Positions 36,887-48,930 of a stretch of DNA of 64,000 nt are shown here, piece by piece (position 1 is the first letter of the stretch; every line of letters starts with the position of its first letter). The notes below the pieces were generated by a model. The model ran no database searches. It saw only the letters and a program-made list of their open reading frames with translations, and was not told the DNA's origin. The translations under genes were made by a program, and so were the position numbers. The stretch spans positions 137,330,001-137,394,000 of the forward strand of contig CM069133.1 in assembly GCA_035221665.1 (NCBI GenBank), read 5' to 3'. This DNA comes from Okamejei kenojei (Eukaryota).

Positions 36887-38129
36887 CAGTATCCACATGT
36901 GTCAGGCTGAATTTCCAGCATGGTGGAGTACATCTGGAACTAGTTGTTAAGCATCTTGTTTTGGAAAAGTTGATTTTCAAAAGCATTAAACAATTGAATT
37001 TCCTGGCATGTTTTTAAACTATTTTAAATGCCACTTGAGAAATTTAAAATCAACAAATGTTGCTTATAACCCAGCTTACAATTGGTAGGATGTTTTGTAC
37101 ACACACTTGGAGGTCCTGAGATCTCTTTTGTTCTCACTACCCTCCTATTCAGCAGTGAAGTCTTTGACAGAAATGATAAACGCCTCCTTATTGTTAGAAG
37201 GCAAATCAATTGTAACTGGGGTGATAACCTGACCCACAAAACCTCGTCAGCAACCACAAATCTGCCCTAGATTCACTGGCTATTGTGGAAGATCTCATTA
37301 AAATAACTTCCCCAGGCACTTTTTGGTGGGCCTTCAAATAATGAAACATGTTTTTTTCCAAAGCTGCAAGCTTGTTGCACATTATAGAGTATATAATTTT
37401 TGCACAAGTGGATTCTCTTTTAGTACAATTGAAGGAAACCAACGTGTTGCCATGTTGGCATAGCAGCCGTGGCCAGTTTCCATATACATATTCAACAAGA
37501 GAGCTCATCGTTGATGGCTAGGAACAGACTTGTGTGAAAAAGCTGTTCACCTCAGAAACATGATGCATAATGATGCATACATAGTTCAGTTGCAGGCAAC
37601 GTCTTTTGTAATCATAAATATCTTGGCATTCAATAACAGGTAGGATTTGTGTTTGCATTCCACTCCAAATCACCTGTCTTCACTTTGGCAAAGGTGCTCT
37701 GCCTCATTTCTGAGAAATAATCGAAAGAAACAAAGGAGGTATTGTGGAGATCAGTTGGCATCAATGTTCTTCTCACCTCTCTCTACCCATCATCTTGTAT
37801 CTCCTAGATTAGGACATTCTAAAATTTTCATAATCCTTGCAGTTGGCAATGTTTGACAAGATGTGAGTTTGCATGATGGGGCAGGTTTTGACACATACTT
37901 CTTGGCCTTTATCTTCCTGCTGTTGTCAGATGACGTAACTCTGACTCTAGAGAGCTTACTCACCAGAACGTAAATTACAATCAGGAACAACACTTTAGTC
38001 ATTTAAAATTACCATTTTACAACTGGATATATCAGACTACCTGAGTAGGGCTTTTTGAGCATTACGTGAAACCTTTAAAACCTTAAAAAATTATCTTGAT
38101 GCAGCTATAAACATTTATAAGCAGATAAT

Positions 38130-38305
38130 CTCTCTTTGTGCCAGTGACTGAGGGATACAGATTAACCTGGGCACTGTACACTCCTATACTCTTTTTTACA
38201 TTCCCTAATAAGGCAGATGAGGCTTTGGTTAATATTTCATGCAACGGCTGAGTTGTCTGATAGTGCAGTATTCTCTCGGCACTGCTTCAAATTCCAGCCT
38301 GACTA
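38130..38305 (-). mobile_element. Deu-domain (SacSINE1/AmnSINE1-like) SINE remnant
   Basis: GGCAGATGAGGCTTTGGTTAATATTTCAT...GATAGTGCAGTATTCTCTCGGCACTGC resembles the DeuSINE body. Confidence 0.55.
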
Positions 38306-38309
38306 AATA

Positions 38310-38650
38310 GTGTCATAGCACAGAAAAAGTCCCTTCAGCCCACCAAGTCCACACCCGCCATCAACAATCCATTTACACTAATCGTACATGAATCCACCTT
38401 CCAGCAGATTCCACCACTCACCTACACACCGGGGTCAATTTACAGTCAGTGTGTCGGGGAGTGGTAGTCAGTCACCAGCCTGCATGCCTGTGGGAAATGG
38501 GATGAAAGCAGAGCATCTAGAAGAAACCCATGCAGTCATAGGGAGAATGTGCAAACTCCAGACAGACAGAACTGAGGTCTGCATTGAGCCCTAACGTGGG
38601 GGTCTCTGGTGCTGCAACAAAGCGTCTCCGCTCGCTGTGCCATTGTGTTC
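38310..38650 (-). mobile_element. Degenerate HE1-like SINE
   Basis: GGGAGAATGTGCAAACTCCAGACAGAC V-domain; CCCTTCAGCCCACCAAGTCC tail. Confidence 0.75.
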
Positions 38651-39023
38651 TGAGTGATTGAAAGTGATTTTAAACTCGCAACTTTCAGATTTGAAAACGG
38701 CTCACTTGCCAGTCAGCCATGACTGACGCTTAGATCAATGGTTATTCCACATGTAAAAAGGCTGTGATCTGGAACTCTGTTATGAAGTCTTATCCTAGGC
38801 ACTTGAATTCAGATGTTAAATATTTCAGTTTTGGGAATTTGTTTCCCAAAGTGGAAAACTTTGAAGTGGCACCAAATTAACTCCAGACTCTGTTGTCTGT
38901 TGCGTAATGCGAATAGCTAACCACAGATTTAGTAGAATGTAGCAGACACTGCGAAAAACCTTCCCAATCCCTGAAAGAAACTTGAGGTAATAATGGAGTA
39001 TCATTTCAGAGAAAAAAGGAAAT

Positions 39024-39633
39024 GGAGCAGGGAGGTTCTACAGCAGTTGTACAGGGTCTTGGTGAGGCCACACCTGGAGTATTGCGTACAGTTTTGGTCT
39101 CCAAATCTGAGGAAAGACATTCTTGCCATAGAGGGAGTACAGAGAAGGTTCACCAGACTGATTCCTGGGATGTCAGGACTTTCATATGAAGAAAGACTGG
39201 ATAGACTCGGCTTGTACTCGCTAGAATTTAGAAGATTGAGGGGGCATCGTATAGAGACTTACAAAATTCTTAAGGGGTTGGACAGGCAAGATGCAGGAAG
39301 ATTGTTCCCGATGTTGGGGAAGTCCAGAACAAGGGGGTCACAGTTTAAGGATAAGGGGGAATTCCTTTAGGACCGAGATGAGGAAAACATTTTTCACACA
39401 GAGAGTGGTGAATGTGTGGAATTCTCTGCCACAGAAGGTAGTTGAGGCCAGTTCATTGGCTATATTTAAGAGGGAGTTAGATGTGGCCCTTGTGGCTAAA
39501 GGGATCAGGGGGTATGGAGAGAAGGCAGGTACAGGATACTGAGTTGGATGATCAGCCATGATCATATTGAATGGCGGTGCAGGCTCGAAGGGCTGAATGG
39601 CCTCCTCCTGCACATATTTTCTATGTTTCTATG
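39024..39633 (+). mobile_element. Young CR1 (HER1-like) LINE 3' fragment
   Basis: ORF2 C-terminus LVRPHLEYCVQFWSP...FFTQRVVNVWNSLP; 3' stem-loop and (CTATGTTT)n tail. Confidence 0.95.
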
Positions 39634-39724
39634 ACCTGGAACCCTTTTCCTCCCCCCGGTATAACTATTCACAGAAAAGACCGGAAGTTGTTTCAGTGTC
39701 ATGGCCAAAATGTTCCCTGCAAAT

Positions 39725-39880
39725 AGCATCACTAGAGCAGATTATTGGCTCATTATCTACTGCTGTGTGTGGGGGCTTGCTCTAGGAAACGTTGCTGCTG
39801 CGTCCCTGACATTACAATTGTAACTGTGTTTCAACAGCACTGTGAAAACTCCTAAGATACTTTTGTAAATATAACTTGTA
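39725..39880 (+). mobile_element. Deu-domain SINE remnant
   Basis: CAGATTATTGGCTCATTATCTACTGCTGTGTGTGGGGGCTTGCT...GCTGCTGCGTCCCTGACATTACAA. Confidence 0.6.
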
Positions 39881-41749
39881 TGAGAACCAGCCACATCTCC
39901 CTACTTTTTTACTTCTTTCGTTTGGATCCATTTTCTCCTCATTCCATCGATTTCGTTTGTTTTTACTTTGCTGTCAGGATGACATAACTTGTTTTCGCCG
40001 GATAAGTTCTGGAAGGGATTGATCTTAAAGTGTGAGGAAGGAAAGAACTTTACATAAAACCTCCAGGGAAGCTGATGAGAAAAGCAAACCGATGTGGAGC
40101 ACCGTCATTCCTTCTTACCTCTTTTTGGCACACTTCTACTTTTCCCTTGTGAAATATTTCCATTTGCTTTCATGTTTGATGTGTCAAGCTCTTAGGGGGT
40201 TCGTAAAACTGAAGTAGTTACCCTTTTTTCAGGTAGCTGTTCATTTGTTAACTGGGTGCTGTGCTGGTGTAGCTGCAGTTCTAAGAAACAGCAGGATATG
40301 CAAGATGGGAACTTTGCTTCAGTTATCGTGTGAGGTATTTTATATTATTAATGAGAAGATGTGTGAATATATTTTTAATTAATACTGTGGGAATTTTTCA
40401 GGTCTTTCACTTCAACGTAACTCCACTGAAATGGGAGCTCTTAGTTCTGAAAAGTTGGAAACTGTCGCAAAATAAAAGCAGACAATGAAAAATTTGTGAA
40501 CAATTTATGGGATGTCGTTTGTGAAACTGGTGCTATCGCATGATTTCCCAGAATCTTGAAATAAGGAGCCGTGGTTGAGAGCACAGTCCAATGCCTCACT
40601 GTTGTCACAAAGGCATCTCTCAATGCAGGGATGGACCCCTTTGAGACCTCTGAGAATTAATGGGGATTTAAAGTTAGTATCTGAACATGCATTGTGTTTG
40701 AAAGCTCAAGGTTAGCTTCCGAACTTCTAAAGCTGTTTAATGTCCAGTACTATGTACTGTTCTGGATGTGCATTGAAAACACAGAATGAATAGAATTGCT
40801 TTGTATAGTTAAAAACTGATTATTTAGTAGCTGCATAATTTCAATGCAAAGACTATGACTAGGTGCAGAATTCATTTTCCTTTTTAAATTACTTCCACTT
40901 CATTTATTTTGCTCTATATTGCATTTGTCACTTTTTTTGTAGATACATGTGGATATAACCAATTTTAATGTGCTTGACTGCCTTATGAGTCGCCATCTTA
41001 TTTGCATATACTACACATGGTTCATTTTGCAGTTTGCTGTTAACCTTTAAAATCCCTGTATAACACAATCCTCTTCTTCTCTCTATAATCTTCTGTTCTA
41101 ATTTCCTCCACCAGATTTATTTACCAATCTCCTTGTTACCCCATTCCCTAGATTATCCCACCTCAATATGAAGCTTCAATTCTGAGAGAGCTGATTCACT
41201 TCTTCATACTGACTCAAATGGGGATAGATTTATGAATGAGACTTGACAGAGGCTTCTTAAAGTATTCATTATAGAAAACATCATGTTTGACATTACTCCC
41301 AAATTATGCTAATTTTTTGCATGTGCACATTTGAATACCGCTAATTAGCTTGCTATCGCTGGCAGAGCACTGAAATGGCACGAATTATATCTTGTAAGAC
41401 TGTGACAAAAGCGATCTTCCTGCCCTCGTGCTTCACAACTGACCTGCAACTTGCTGGGGTTAACCTTTGAAAGGGAATGCAGGGAATTGAGGGCTATGGG
41501 GAACTGGCACAGAAGAGGAAGTGCGGCCTGGGACAGATCAACCGTGATTATATTGCATAGTGGGGCAGGCTTTAGGCCAACTCGCCGCCTCCTATTTTCT
41601 TATGTTCCTATGACTACAGTTTTCCTGGTGTGCCCAGTGATATTGTCCAATATTTTCCCATTGCTGGCTGAAAATTTTCACATGCCATTTCATGAAAGGG
41701 GACGTAAATAAAACGCACATTCTTCATTGCAGATTGTCTAACACAATGA

Positions 41750-42560
41750 TGGCAGTGCAGTAGAGCTGCTTCTCCCAGTGCCAGGGGCCCAGGTTTGATC
41801 CTGACTACAGGTGCTTTCTGCGCAAAGTTTGTACCTTCTCCCCATGGGTTTCTCCGGGTGCTCTAGTTCCTCCCACATTCCAAAGATGTGCAGGTTTGCA
41901 GTTTAACCCCATGCCGTTAAAGGGAGAATGTGCAGACTTTACCAGGCTGAATCCTGGGATGTCAGGACTTTCATATCAAGAAAGACTGGATAGACTCGGC
42001 TTGTACTCGCTAGAATTTAGAAGATTGAGGGGGGTTCTTATAGAAACTTACAAAATTCTTAAGGGGTTGGGACAGGCTAGATGCAGGAAGAATGTTCCCG
42101 ATGTTGGGGAAGTCCAGGACAAGGGGTCACAGTTTAAGGATAAGGGGGAAATCTTTTAGGACCGAGATGAGAAGAACATTTTTCACACAGAGAGTGGTGA
42201 ACCTCTGGAATTCTCTGCCATGGAAGGTAGTTGAGGCCAGTTCATTGGCTATATTTAAGAGGGAGTTGGATGTGGCCCTTGTGGCTAAAGGGATCAGGGG
42301 GTATGGAGAGAAGGCAGGTACGGGATACTGAGTTGGATGATCAGCCATGATCATATTGAATGGCGGTGCAGGCTCGAAGGGCCGAATGGCCTGCTCCTGC
42401 ACCTATTTTCTATGTTTCTATGAACTTGCAGGTTAATTGGCTTCTGTAAATTGCACCTAGTTTGTAGGAAGCAAAGGTGGGATAACATGGAATGATGGTT
42501 GATTTGGACTTGTTGGGCCAAAGGGCCTCTTCCAATGCCGTATCTCTTAACAATTAACAA
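41750..42560 (+). mobile_element. HE1-like SINE split by a CR1 insertion
   Basis: Head 41750-41906, tail 42426-42560; TTGCAG(T/G)TTAA duplicated around the CR1. Confidence 0.8.
41940..42422 (+). mobile_element. Young CR1 LINE 3' fragment
   Basis: Near-identical to 39150-39633; (CTATGTTT)n tail. Confidence 0.95.
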
Positions 42561-42887
42561 AACTGAAAACAGGAAAGGGAATCTCTCGTATAATTTTTGT
42601 TATATTAGTAAAACAATTTCTTGACTTGACTTTTTGTAAAGTGATTGCACGTTGCAGATGGCAGCCATGTTACTTCCTGTCTTGAACATATCTAGACTTG
42701 AAAATTCTTATGAAATGAAATTTGTATGCACCTGGCCATAAGGATTCCTTTTCATTTCACCCAGGTGTTCCTCATGAAGTGACATCATTTTGGAGATATT
42801 CAAATGCAGGCATGTTCTTTCTTGCTAACGGAGTAGAAATCTTGGCCAGTGAGAGAGAAGAGCAGCTGAAACATCATATTATTTTCC

Positions 42888-42889
<2 letters not shown>

Positions 42890-42922
<33 letters not shown>

Positions 42923-43028
42923 ATGGGGGTGATTGACTCCGGGGGGCTCCTGTCTCCGGGGTGAGCGCCAACGACGCTTCCGCCCGCGTTTAGGAGGACG
43001 AGGCCCAACGGGTCCCACTTGGTCCAGT
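42890..43028 (+). mobile_element. Helitron 3' fragment preceded by poly-G
   Basis: Ends GGCCCAACGGGTCCCACTTGGTCCAG|T, like 20334-20360. Confidence 0.6.
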
Positions 43029-43454
43029 ATTTAATAAATATAATTATTGGACTTTAATCCTTTTTAAAGAAATTTCTGTCATTGGATCCTATCTTATATC
43101 TGGTGCAGGTACAATAAATGAAGTTGGTTTATTTAAACTCCAAATCTGAGCATCATGGTTACATTGACACTTTATATTACACAGTTACGTGAAGTAAAAA
43201 AGCTGGTTATCAGAAGTAAAGGTTTGAGATCGACAAGGTGAAAGTCCAGGGGCATTTTACTTGTATTGCAATTGAGTTGAGAAAGGACGTGCACCTTATT
43301 TTCTGTTGCATGGATCTTTGTACAAGCCATGTCTTCAGTTTGTCTTCCACTTGAATATCCCCGTGAAGGAAGATCCACACTGTGCCCCTTACTAAGTTGA
43401 ACTTTGTTTTACTTGCATGTAGCAGAAAACCACGATCTTTGTTGCAGGTGTGTG

Positions 43455-43587
43455 GACAGAAAACAAGCACAAACTGAAAGGATGAACTCAGCCAGTCAGG
43501 CGGCATCTGTGGAGGAAAAATATCAGCTACTAAAATAAGTGCTGAGATCCTCCAGCACTTTTTGCTCCAGGTTCCAGATGTGTCTTC
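43455..43587. mobile_element. Degenerate inverted PLE pair
   Basis: GAACTCAGCCAGTCAGGCGGCATCTGTGGAG ... GCTGAGATCCTCCAGCACTTTT. Confidence 0.5.
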
Positions 43588-43771
43588 TGATGGTTCAACT
43601 GATTCATATTTCCACTCATCTGGATGGAATTATTTGATGAATGCCATCAGGGTTAAAGTCTGTTTTGAAACATGAAGAGATTCTTATTTTGATTACAAGA
43701 CAGTACATTGCCTTGATGACAGAAATCAAACGTACATCCATCATTGCCAGATTGTCTAACACGATGATTTT

Positions 43772-43988
43772 TACTAGAATGTAGCCAGGGTTCCAGCAAC
43801 TATGTTACAGAGAAAGGTTGAACAGCGCAGAAGGTTAAGGGGGACTCAGAGTTGACGTGGATAGGTTTTCACGGGACTTCCAGGACCGATTTTAACATTT
43901 AAGAGTAAAGTGGAGGGGTATGGTCCCGACGGACTGGAAGGGCCGATAGGGCCTGTTTCCGTGCTGTAATTGTTATATGGTTATATGG
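43772..43988 (+). mobile_element. Internally deleted CR1 3' fragment
   Basis: TTTACTAGAATG...GAAGGGCCGATAGGGCCTGTTTCCGTGCTGTAA, (TTATATGG)n tail. Confidence 0.7.
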
Positions 43989-44550
43989 TGGCTTTGATCC
44001 CGACTACAGGTGCTTTCTGTGTGAAGCTCGTGTGACCGCATGAGTTTCTCCGGATGCTCTGGTTTTCAATTATTAAAGATGGGATAGCAGCATTTGGACA
44101 TTGGACAAAGTCAGCATGGATTTATAAATCATGTCTGACGAATCTTATTTGAATTTTTTGAGATGTAACTAGCAGCTGGACTTGCAAAAGTGTGACAGCA
44201 CCTCAAGCAAGTGGGCTGTGAAAGGGGTGACTGGTTCAGGTGTCTGATAGCTGAGGGGAAGAAGCTGTTCTGATGTCTGGACATTTCAGCTTTCAAGTTC
44301 CTCTATCTTCTCCTGGAAGGTAGAGGACGGAGAAGGCAATGGCAAAGATGCTTTCATCCTTGCTGCTACAATGCATTGTGATCATGGACAGGATGCAAGG
44401 AAGTGATGAGCCTGTGATAGACTGGGCAGTGCTCACCACTGAGCCAGTTCAGGCGGTTAAGAGCAGAGTGGTTGCCATACCAGCTTGAGATGTATTCCAT
44501 TTGAATTATTGCTCTAGGGACTGCAGAGCTTCAAGAGAATCCTTGTGGAC

Positions 44551-45218
44551 ATAGAAACATAGCAAATAGGTGCAGGAGTAGGCCATTTGGCCCTTCGAGC
44601 CTGCACCGTCATTCAATATGATAATGGCGATAATCATCCAACTCAGTATCCTGTACCTGCCTTCTCTCCATACCCCTTGATCCCTTTAGCCACAAGGGCT
44701 AAATCTAACTCCCTCTTAAATATAGCCAATGAACTGGCCTCAACTACCTTCTGTGGCAGAGAATTCCACAGATTCACCACTCTCTGTGAGAAAAATGCTT
44801 TTCTCATCTCGGTCTTAAAAGAATTCTCCCTTATCCTTAAACTGTGACCCCTTGTACTGGACTTCCCCAACATCGGGAACAATCTTCCTGCATCTAGTCT
44901 ATCCAACCACTTAAGAATTTTGTAAGTTTCTATAAGATCCCCCTCAATCTTCTAAATTCTAGCGAGTATAAACCGAGTCTATCCAGTCTTTCTTCATATG
45001 GAAGTCCTGCCATCCCAGGAATCAGTCTGGTGAACCTTCTCTGTACCCCCTCTATGGCAAGAATGTCTTTCATCAGATTAGGAGACCAAAACTGTACGCA
45101 ATACTGCAGGTGTGGTCTCACCAAGACCCTGTACAACTGCAGTAGAACCCCCCTGCTCTTACACTCAAATCCTTTTGCTATGAATGCTAACATACCATTT
45201 GCTTTCTTCACTGCCTGA
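44551..45218 (-). mobile_element. Young CR1 LINE 3' fragment
   Basis: KKANGMLAFIAKG...RPHLQYCVQFWSP; GGACAT duplicated (44547-44552 / 45219-45224). Confidence 0.95.
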
Positions 45219-45317
45219 GGACATGCTGAATCTTCTGAGATGCCGAAGAAAGTAAATGCGCTGATGTGCTTTCTAGATCACGTCCAATTTGTAAGGGACC
45301 AGGTTAAATTGGTGACG

Positions 45318-45860
45318 ATAGACACAAAAAGCTGGAGTTACTCAGCGAGTCAGGCAGCATCTCTGGAAAGACTCTTTTTCAGACCGGTTAGGGAAAAGGG
45401 AAACGAGAGATATAGACGATTAAATGGAGAGATAAAGAACAATGAATAAAAGATATGCAAAAAAGTAACGATGGTAAAGGAAACGGGTCTTCTTTGTTAG
45501 CTGTTTCTAGGGTGAAAACCAGAAGCTAGTGTGATTTGGGTTGGGGAGGGATAGAGGGAAAGGGAATGCCAGGGCTACCTGAAGTGAGAGAAACCAATAT
45601 TCATACCACTGGGCTGTAAGCGGCCCAAGCGAAATATGAGATGCTGTTCCTCCAATCTGCGTGTTGCCTCACTCTGACAGTGGAGGAGTCTTCTGACAGA
45701 AAGGTCTATGTGGGAATGGGTGGGAGAATTAAAGTGTCTGGCAACTGGGAGATCAGGTAGGTTCAGGCTGGCTGAGCGAAGGTGTTCTGCGAAACGATCG
45801 CCCAGTCTGCGTTTGGTCTCGTCGATGTATAAGAGTCCACATCTTGAACAACGGATACAG
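45318..45860 (-). mobile_element. 5'-truncated Penelope-like element
   Basis: GIY-YIG ORF end, 3'UTR homologous to 11250-11490, terminal repeat with a partly deleted hammerhead. Confidence 0.9.
45575..45859 (-). pseudogene. PLE GIY-YIG endonuclease domain remnant (open frame, 94 aa)
   Basis: CIRCSRCGLLYIDETKRRLGDRFAEHLRSASLNLPDLPVARHFNSPTHSHIDLSVRRLLHCQSEATRRLEEQHLIFRLGRLQPSGMNIGFSHFR*; CxxC + YIG(D)ET + R..EH motifs. Confidence 0.9.
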
Positions 45861-46306
45861 ATGTGGATGCTGAGGAACTTTTTTTAAATAATATTTTTAT
45901 TAGAAGTAATCATTCCTAACAACAGTATAATAACTTTTCAAATACACAACCAACTTATTTCAATAAGTATACGGATATTACGAATAATTCTTATAAACTT
46001 CTATTTTTTAGAAAATAGAAAAAAGAAAAGAATAGATTTTAATCAATAAGAATAGTGAATAAAAAATAATTTTGATTATATAGAGAGAGAGAGAAAGAGA
46101 AATGAAAGAGAAATATATATATATATTAAAAAAAAGATTATAGTATACATCTTAATAGTGAATAACACAATTTCAAATAACAATATCAATAGAGACATGT
46201 ATACAAATTTTTAAAAAAAAGGAATTATTTTCATCTAATCTTGCCTGGTACTCATTGAGTTGTGATGCCAAGAACAGCTACCCCTTCAAATATTCTGTAT
46301 ATGGAG

Positions 46307-46434
46307 TCTGAAGAAGGGTCTCGACCCGAAACGTCGCCTATCTCCTTCGCTCCTTAGATGCTGCTGCACCGCTGAGTTTCTTCCAGCTTTTTGTGTACCC
46401 TCGATTCTCCAGCATCTGCAGTTTCTTCGTTAAC
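46307..46434 (+). mobile_element. PLE-derived hammerhead element inserted in L1
   Basis: 15-bp TSD ATTCTGTATATGGAG (46292-46306 / 46435-46449); near-identical to 11487-11616. Confidence 0.92.
46308..46335 (+). ncRNA. Minimal type I hammerhead ribozyme core motif
   Basis: CTGAAGA-A-GGGTCTCGACCC-GAAAC-GTC intact. Confidence 0.75.
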
Positions 46435-46810
46435 ATTCTGTATATGGAGATCATATCTGTTCAAAGAGTTCGTATTTGTCCATTAGGACAAATCTGATTC
46501 TTTCCAAATGCAACGTCTCCAACATTTCCACTGTCCACATTGTAATTGTGGGGGATAATGTCCCCTTCCAAAATTTAAATATTAATTTTTTCCCTATTAT
46601 CAAACAGTAATCCAAGAAATTTCTTTGGTTTACTGTTAATATTTAATTTGAATCCGGAACTCCTAATATTATTAACTTTGGATCTGGGTCCAGTTTAATT
46701 TTAAGAACTTCAGAGATAACTCTAAAGATTTCTGTCCAATAATAATTGAGTTTTATACATGTTACAAAACTATGCGTTAAGTTAACTTTCAAGTTCTTAA
46801 GTTCTTAAAA

Positions 46811-47190
46811 TTACAAAATTCTTAAGGGGTTGGACAGGCTAGATGCAGGAAGATTGTTCCCGATGTTGGGGAAGTCCAGGACAAGGGGTCACAGCTTAAG
46901 GATAAGGGGGAAATCCTTTTAAGACCGAGATGAGGAAGATTTTTTTCACACAGAGAGTGGTGAGTCTCTGGAACTCTCTGCCACAGAGGGTAGTTGAGGC
47001 CAGTTCATTGGCTATATTTAAGAGGGAGTTAGATGTGGCCCTTGTGGCTAAGGGGATCAGAGGGTATGGAGAGAAGGCAGGTACGGGATATTGAGTTGGA
47101 TGATCAGCCATGATCATATTGAATGGCGGTGCAGGCTCGAAGGGCCGAATGGCCTACTCCTGCACCTATTTTCTATGTTTCTATGTTTCT
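46811..47190 (+). mobile_element. Young CR1 LINE 3' fragment
   Basis: Same family as 39024-39633; (CTATGTTT)n tail. Confidence 0.95.
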
Positions 47191-48930
47191 GACGATGCTG
47201 AGGAACTTGAACTACATTTTACACCAAAGTAATATGCGTGGAGAATTTAACTCTTTCCTTTCATCATATACTTGAATGTAAACTGTACTCATTCCGCTTT
47301 CCTGGATATTTTAGCAGTTATTGCATAAAACCTGGTTGGTTTGTTTCATGCTTTCCAGCATTCATCTAATTATCTCAGTTGAAATAACACGTTTTATTTT
47401 GTCAGAGAAAATAGTTCTGGAACTTAATAGCCAGAGTTTTTGCAACCACTAATTGCGTCATGTAAGGCAAAATGTTATTTTTTATTCTGAAGCACTTTAG
47501 TTCTTGCCAAAAAAATGTTGCAGGTCAACACAAAAAAGCGGGATTAGATGCTGCCTGGTGGATTTCCCATGATCTTGGTATTATGTCACCTCCTCCAAAT
47601 TGGAACATCTGACAGAATACAGTAAATGGAGATGTCTCAGTGAGCAACCTCTCCCCTTTCCCCTCACTCTTCCAAAGCAAAGCCATTGACCTTCTGATCA
47701 ATGTTTGTCTAAGTCTGGCTTTGAATGTGAGAAATTTCAAAGTAGGTGACATTGAAATTAGAGTTCAGTTCTGAAAGTGTTTGAACTTCAGTTTGTGTAC
47801 TCTTTAATTTTACACAGCAAAGTGAAGTACATTATTACAAGAAAACATCCCTCTGACAGTTTAAACTATGCATCTTGCATGCATATCACTGGTGAATACA
47901 TAGTTTATATATAGTTGGTCTTATTAAACAAAAACCCCTGCATAGCTGCAGTAGTTGCATATACTTCCATGCAATAGTAGTCGATGTTTTGGTTCTGTTA
48001 CAAAAACAGATATCTTTCCCCAGTTAAAATGCAAAGGCTGTTACAGCTATCACAAACCATAATATTAATGTGTTCAATTAATGTGAACTTCAATGAAAAA
48101 AAGATTTTTAAAGAAAACTAGGTTTTACTTTATGGATTCCCGAGTCGGTGGTTTTGCTTTCTAGCTCCTGGTGCATCTCACATGCTAACGTGTGGCTGTG
48201 TCTGGAAATGCGCAGTGGCATCAGGTGATTTGCAGCTTGTGCCTACCTGCCAGTTCAGTGATACTTCTTTCCCGCTGATGATTGGGAAGCAGTTTTTCAT
48301 TGGCACGCGAGGTAGACTTATATAGGGACTGTGGAGGAGAGCGGGAAATTCCTGATCGACTGATTACACCCATTTGGCAGATTCAGTTGCAACGGGCACA
48401 GTCTGTGGGGAAAGCCTTTAGGAGATCTAGGAAGCTATTACATTTCGAGGAAGTATGGATGGACACCTTTTGCAACTAGAGAAGGTTGTTATGATGCAAG
48501 GTTTCAATGAGTGAGGAAAAAACAGTGTCTGGAGTTTCTCACTGGACTAATCTGACACACCAAATACCTGTCACCTGCGATAATGTAGGATACATTAAAT
48601 GACAGATTAGAGCAGCTTGCGAGCAGTAAATACATAATCGGTTTAATTTCTTGGAAACATTGATCAATAGATAGACACCAAAAATGTAAAAGGAACACTC
48701 TCTTATGAACTTGAAGCCTAATATGGGTCTGATCAGGAAAATGACAGAAGCTGAAGTAGAGCAGTACAAGGGGAAGACGTTAGATTTGAATGATAACTGG
48801 GTTTGTCATTGTGGTTGTAAAATTATCCCAACAAAGAGGAACAATCTTGTGAGGTTAAGAAAAGTCCAAAATGGATAAAGCTATGTGATTGTTGGCACAT
48901 AGATAAAGAAACAACTGTTTTTGTGTGAAC

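Larger units (their letters stand above)
45881..46790 (-). mobile_element. L1-clade LINE 3' fragment (ORF2 C-terminus and A/T-rich 3'UTR)
   Basis: Minus-strand translation LTHSFVTCIKLNYYWTEIF...GKKLILKFWK...LHLERIRF with stops; A-rich tail at 45879-45905. Confidence 0.8.
44230..47215 (-). mobile_element. Old Rex1/Babar-like LINE fragmented by nested insertions
   Basis: Joined pieces read FKFLSIHIVTNLTWS...KAHQRIYFLRHLRRFSMS on the minus strand (RT C-terminus / DUF1891-like). Confidence 0.7.

Noticed and set aside
38993-39542. ORFs that recur nearly identically at 42 kb, 44.6 kb, 46.9 kb, 53.9 kb and 56.8 kb
   Set aside because: Sense or antisense translations of CR1 3' ends, not a host gene family
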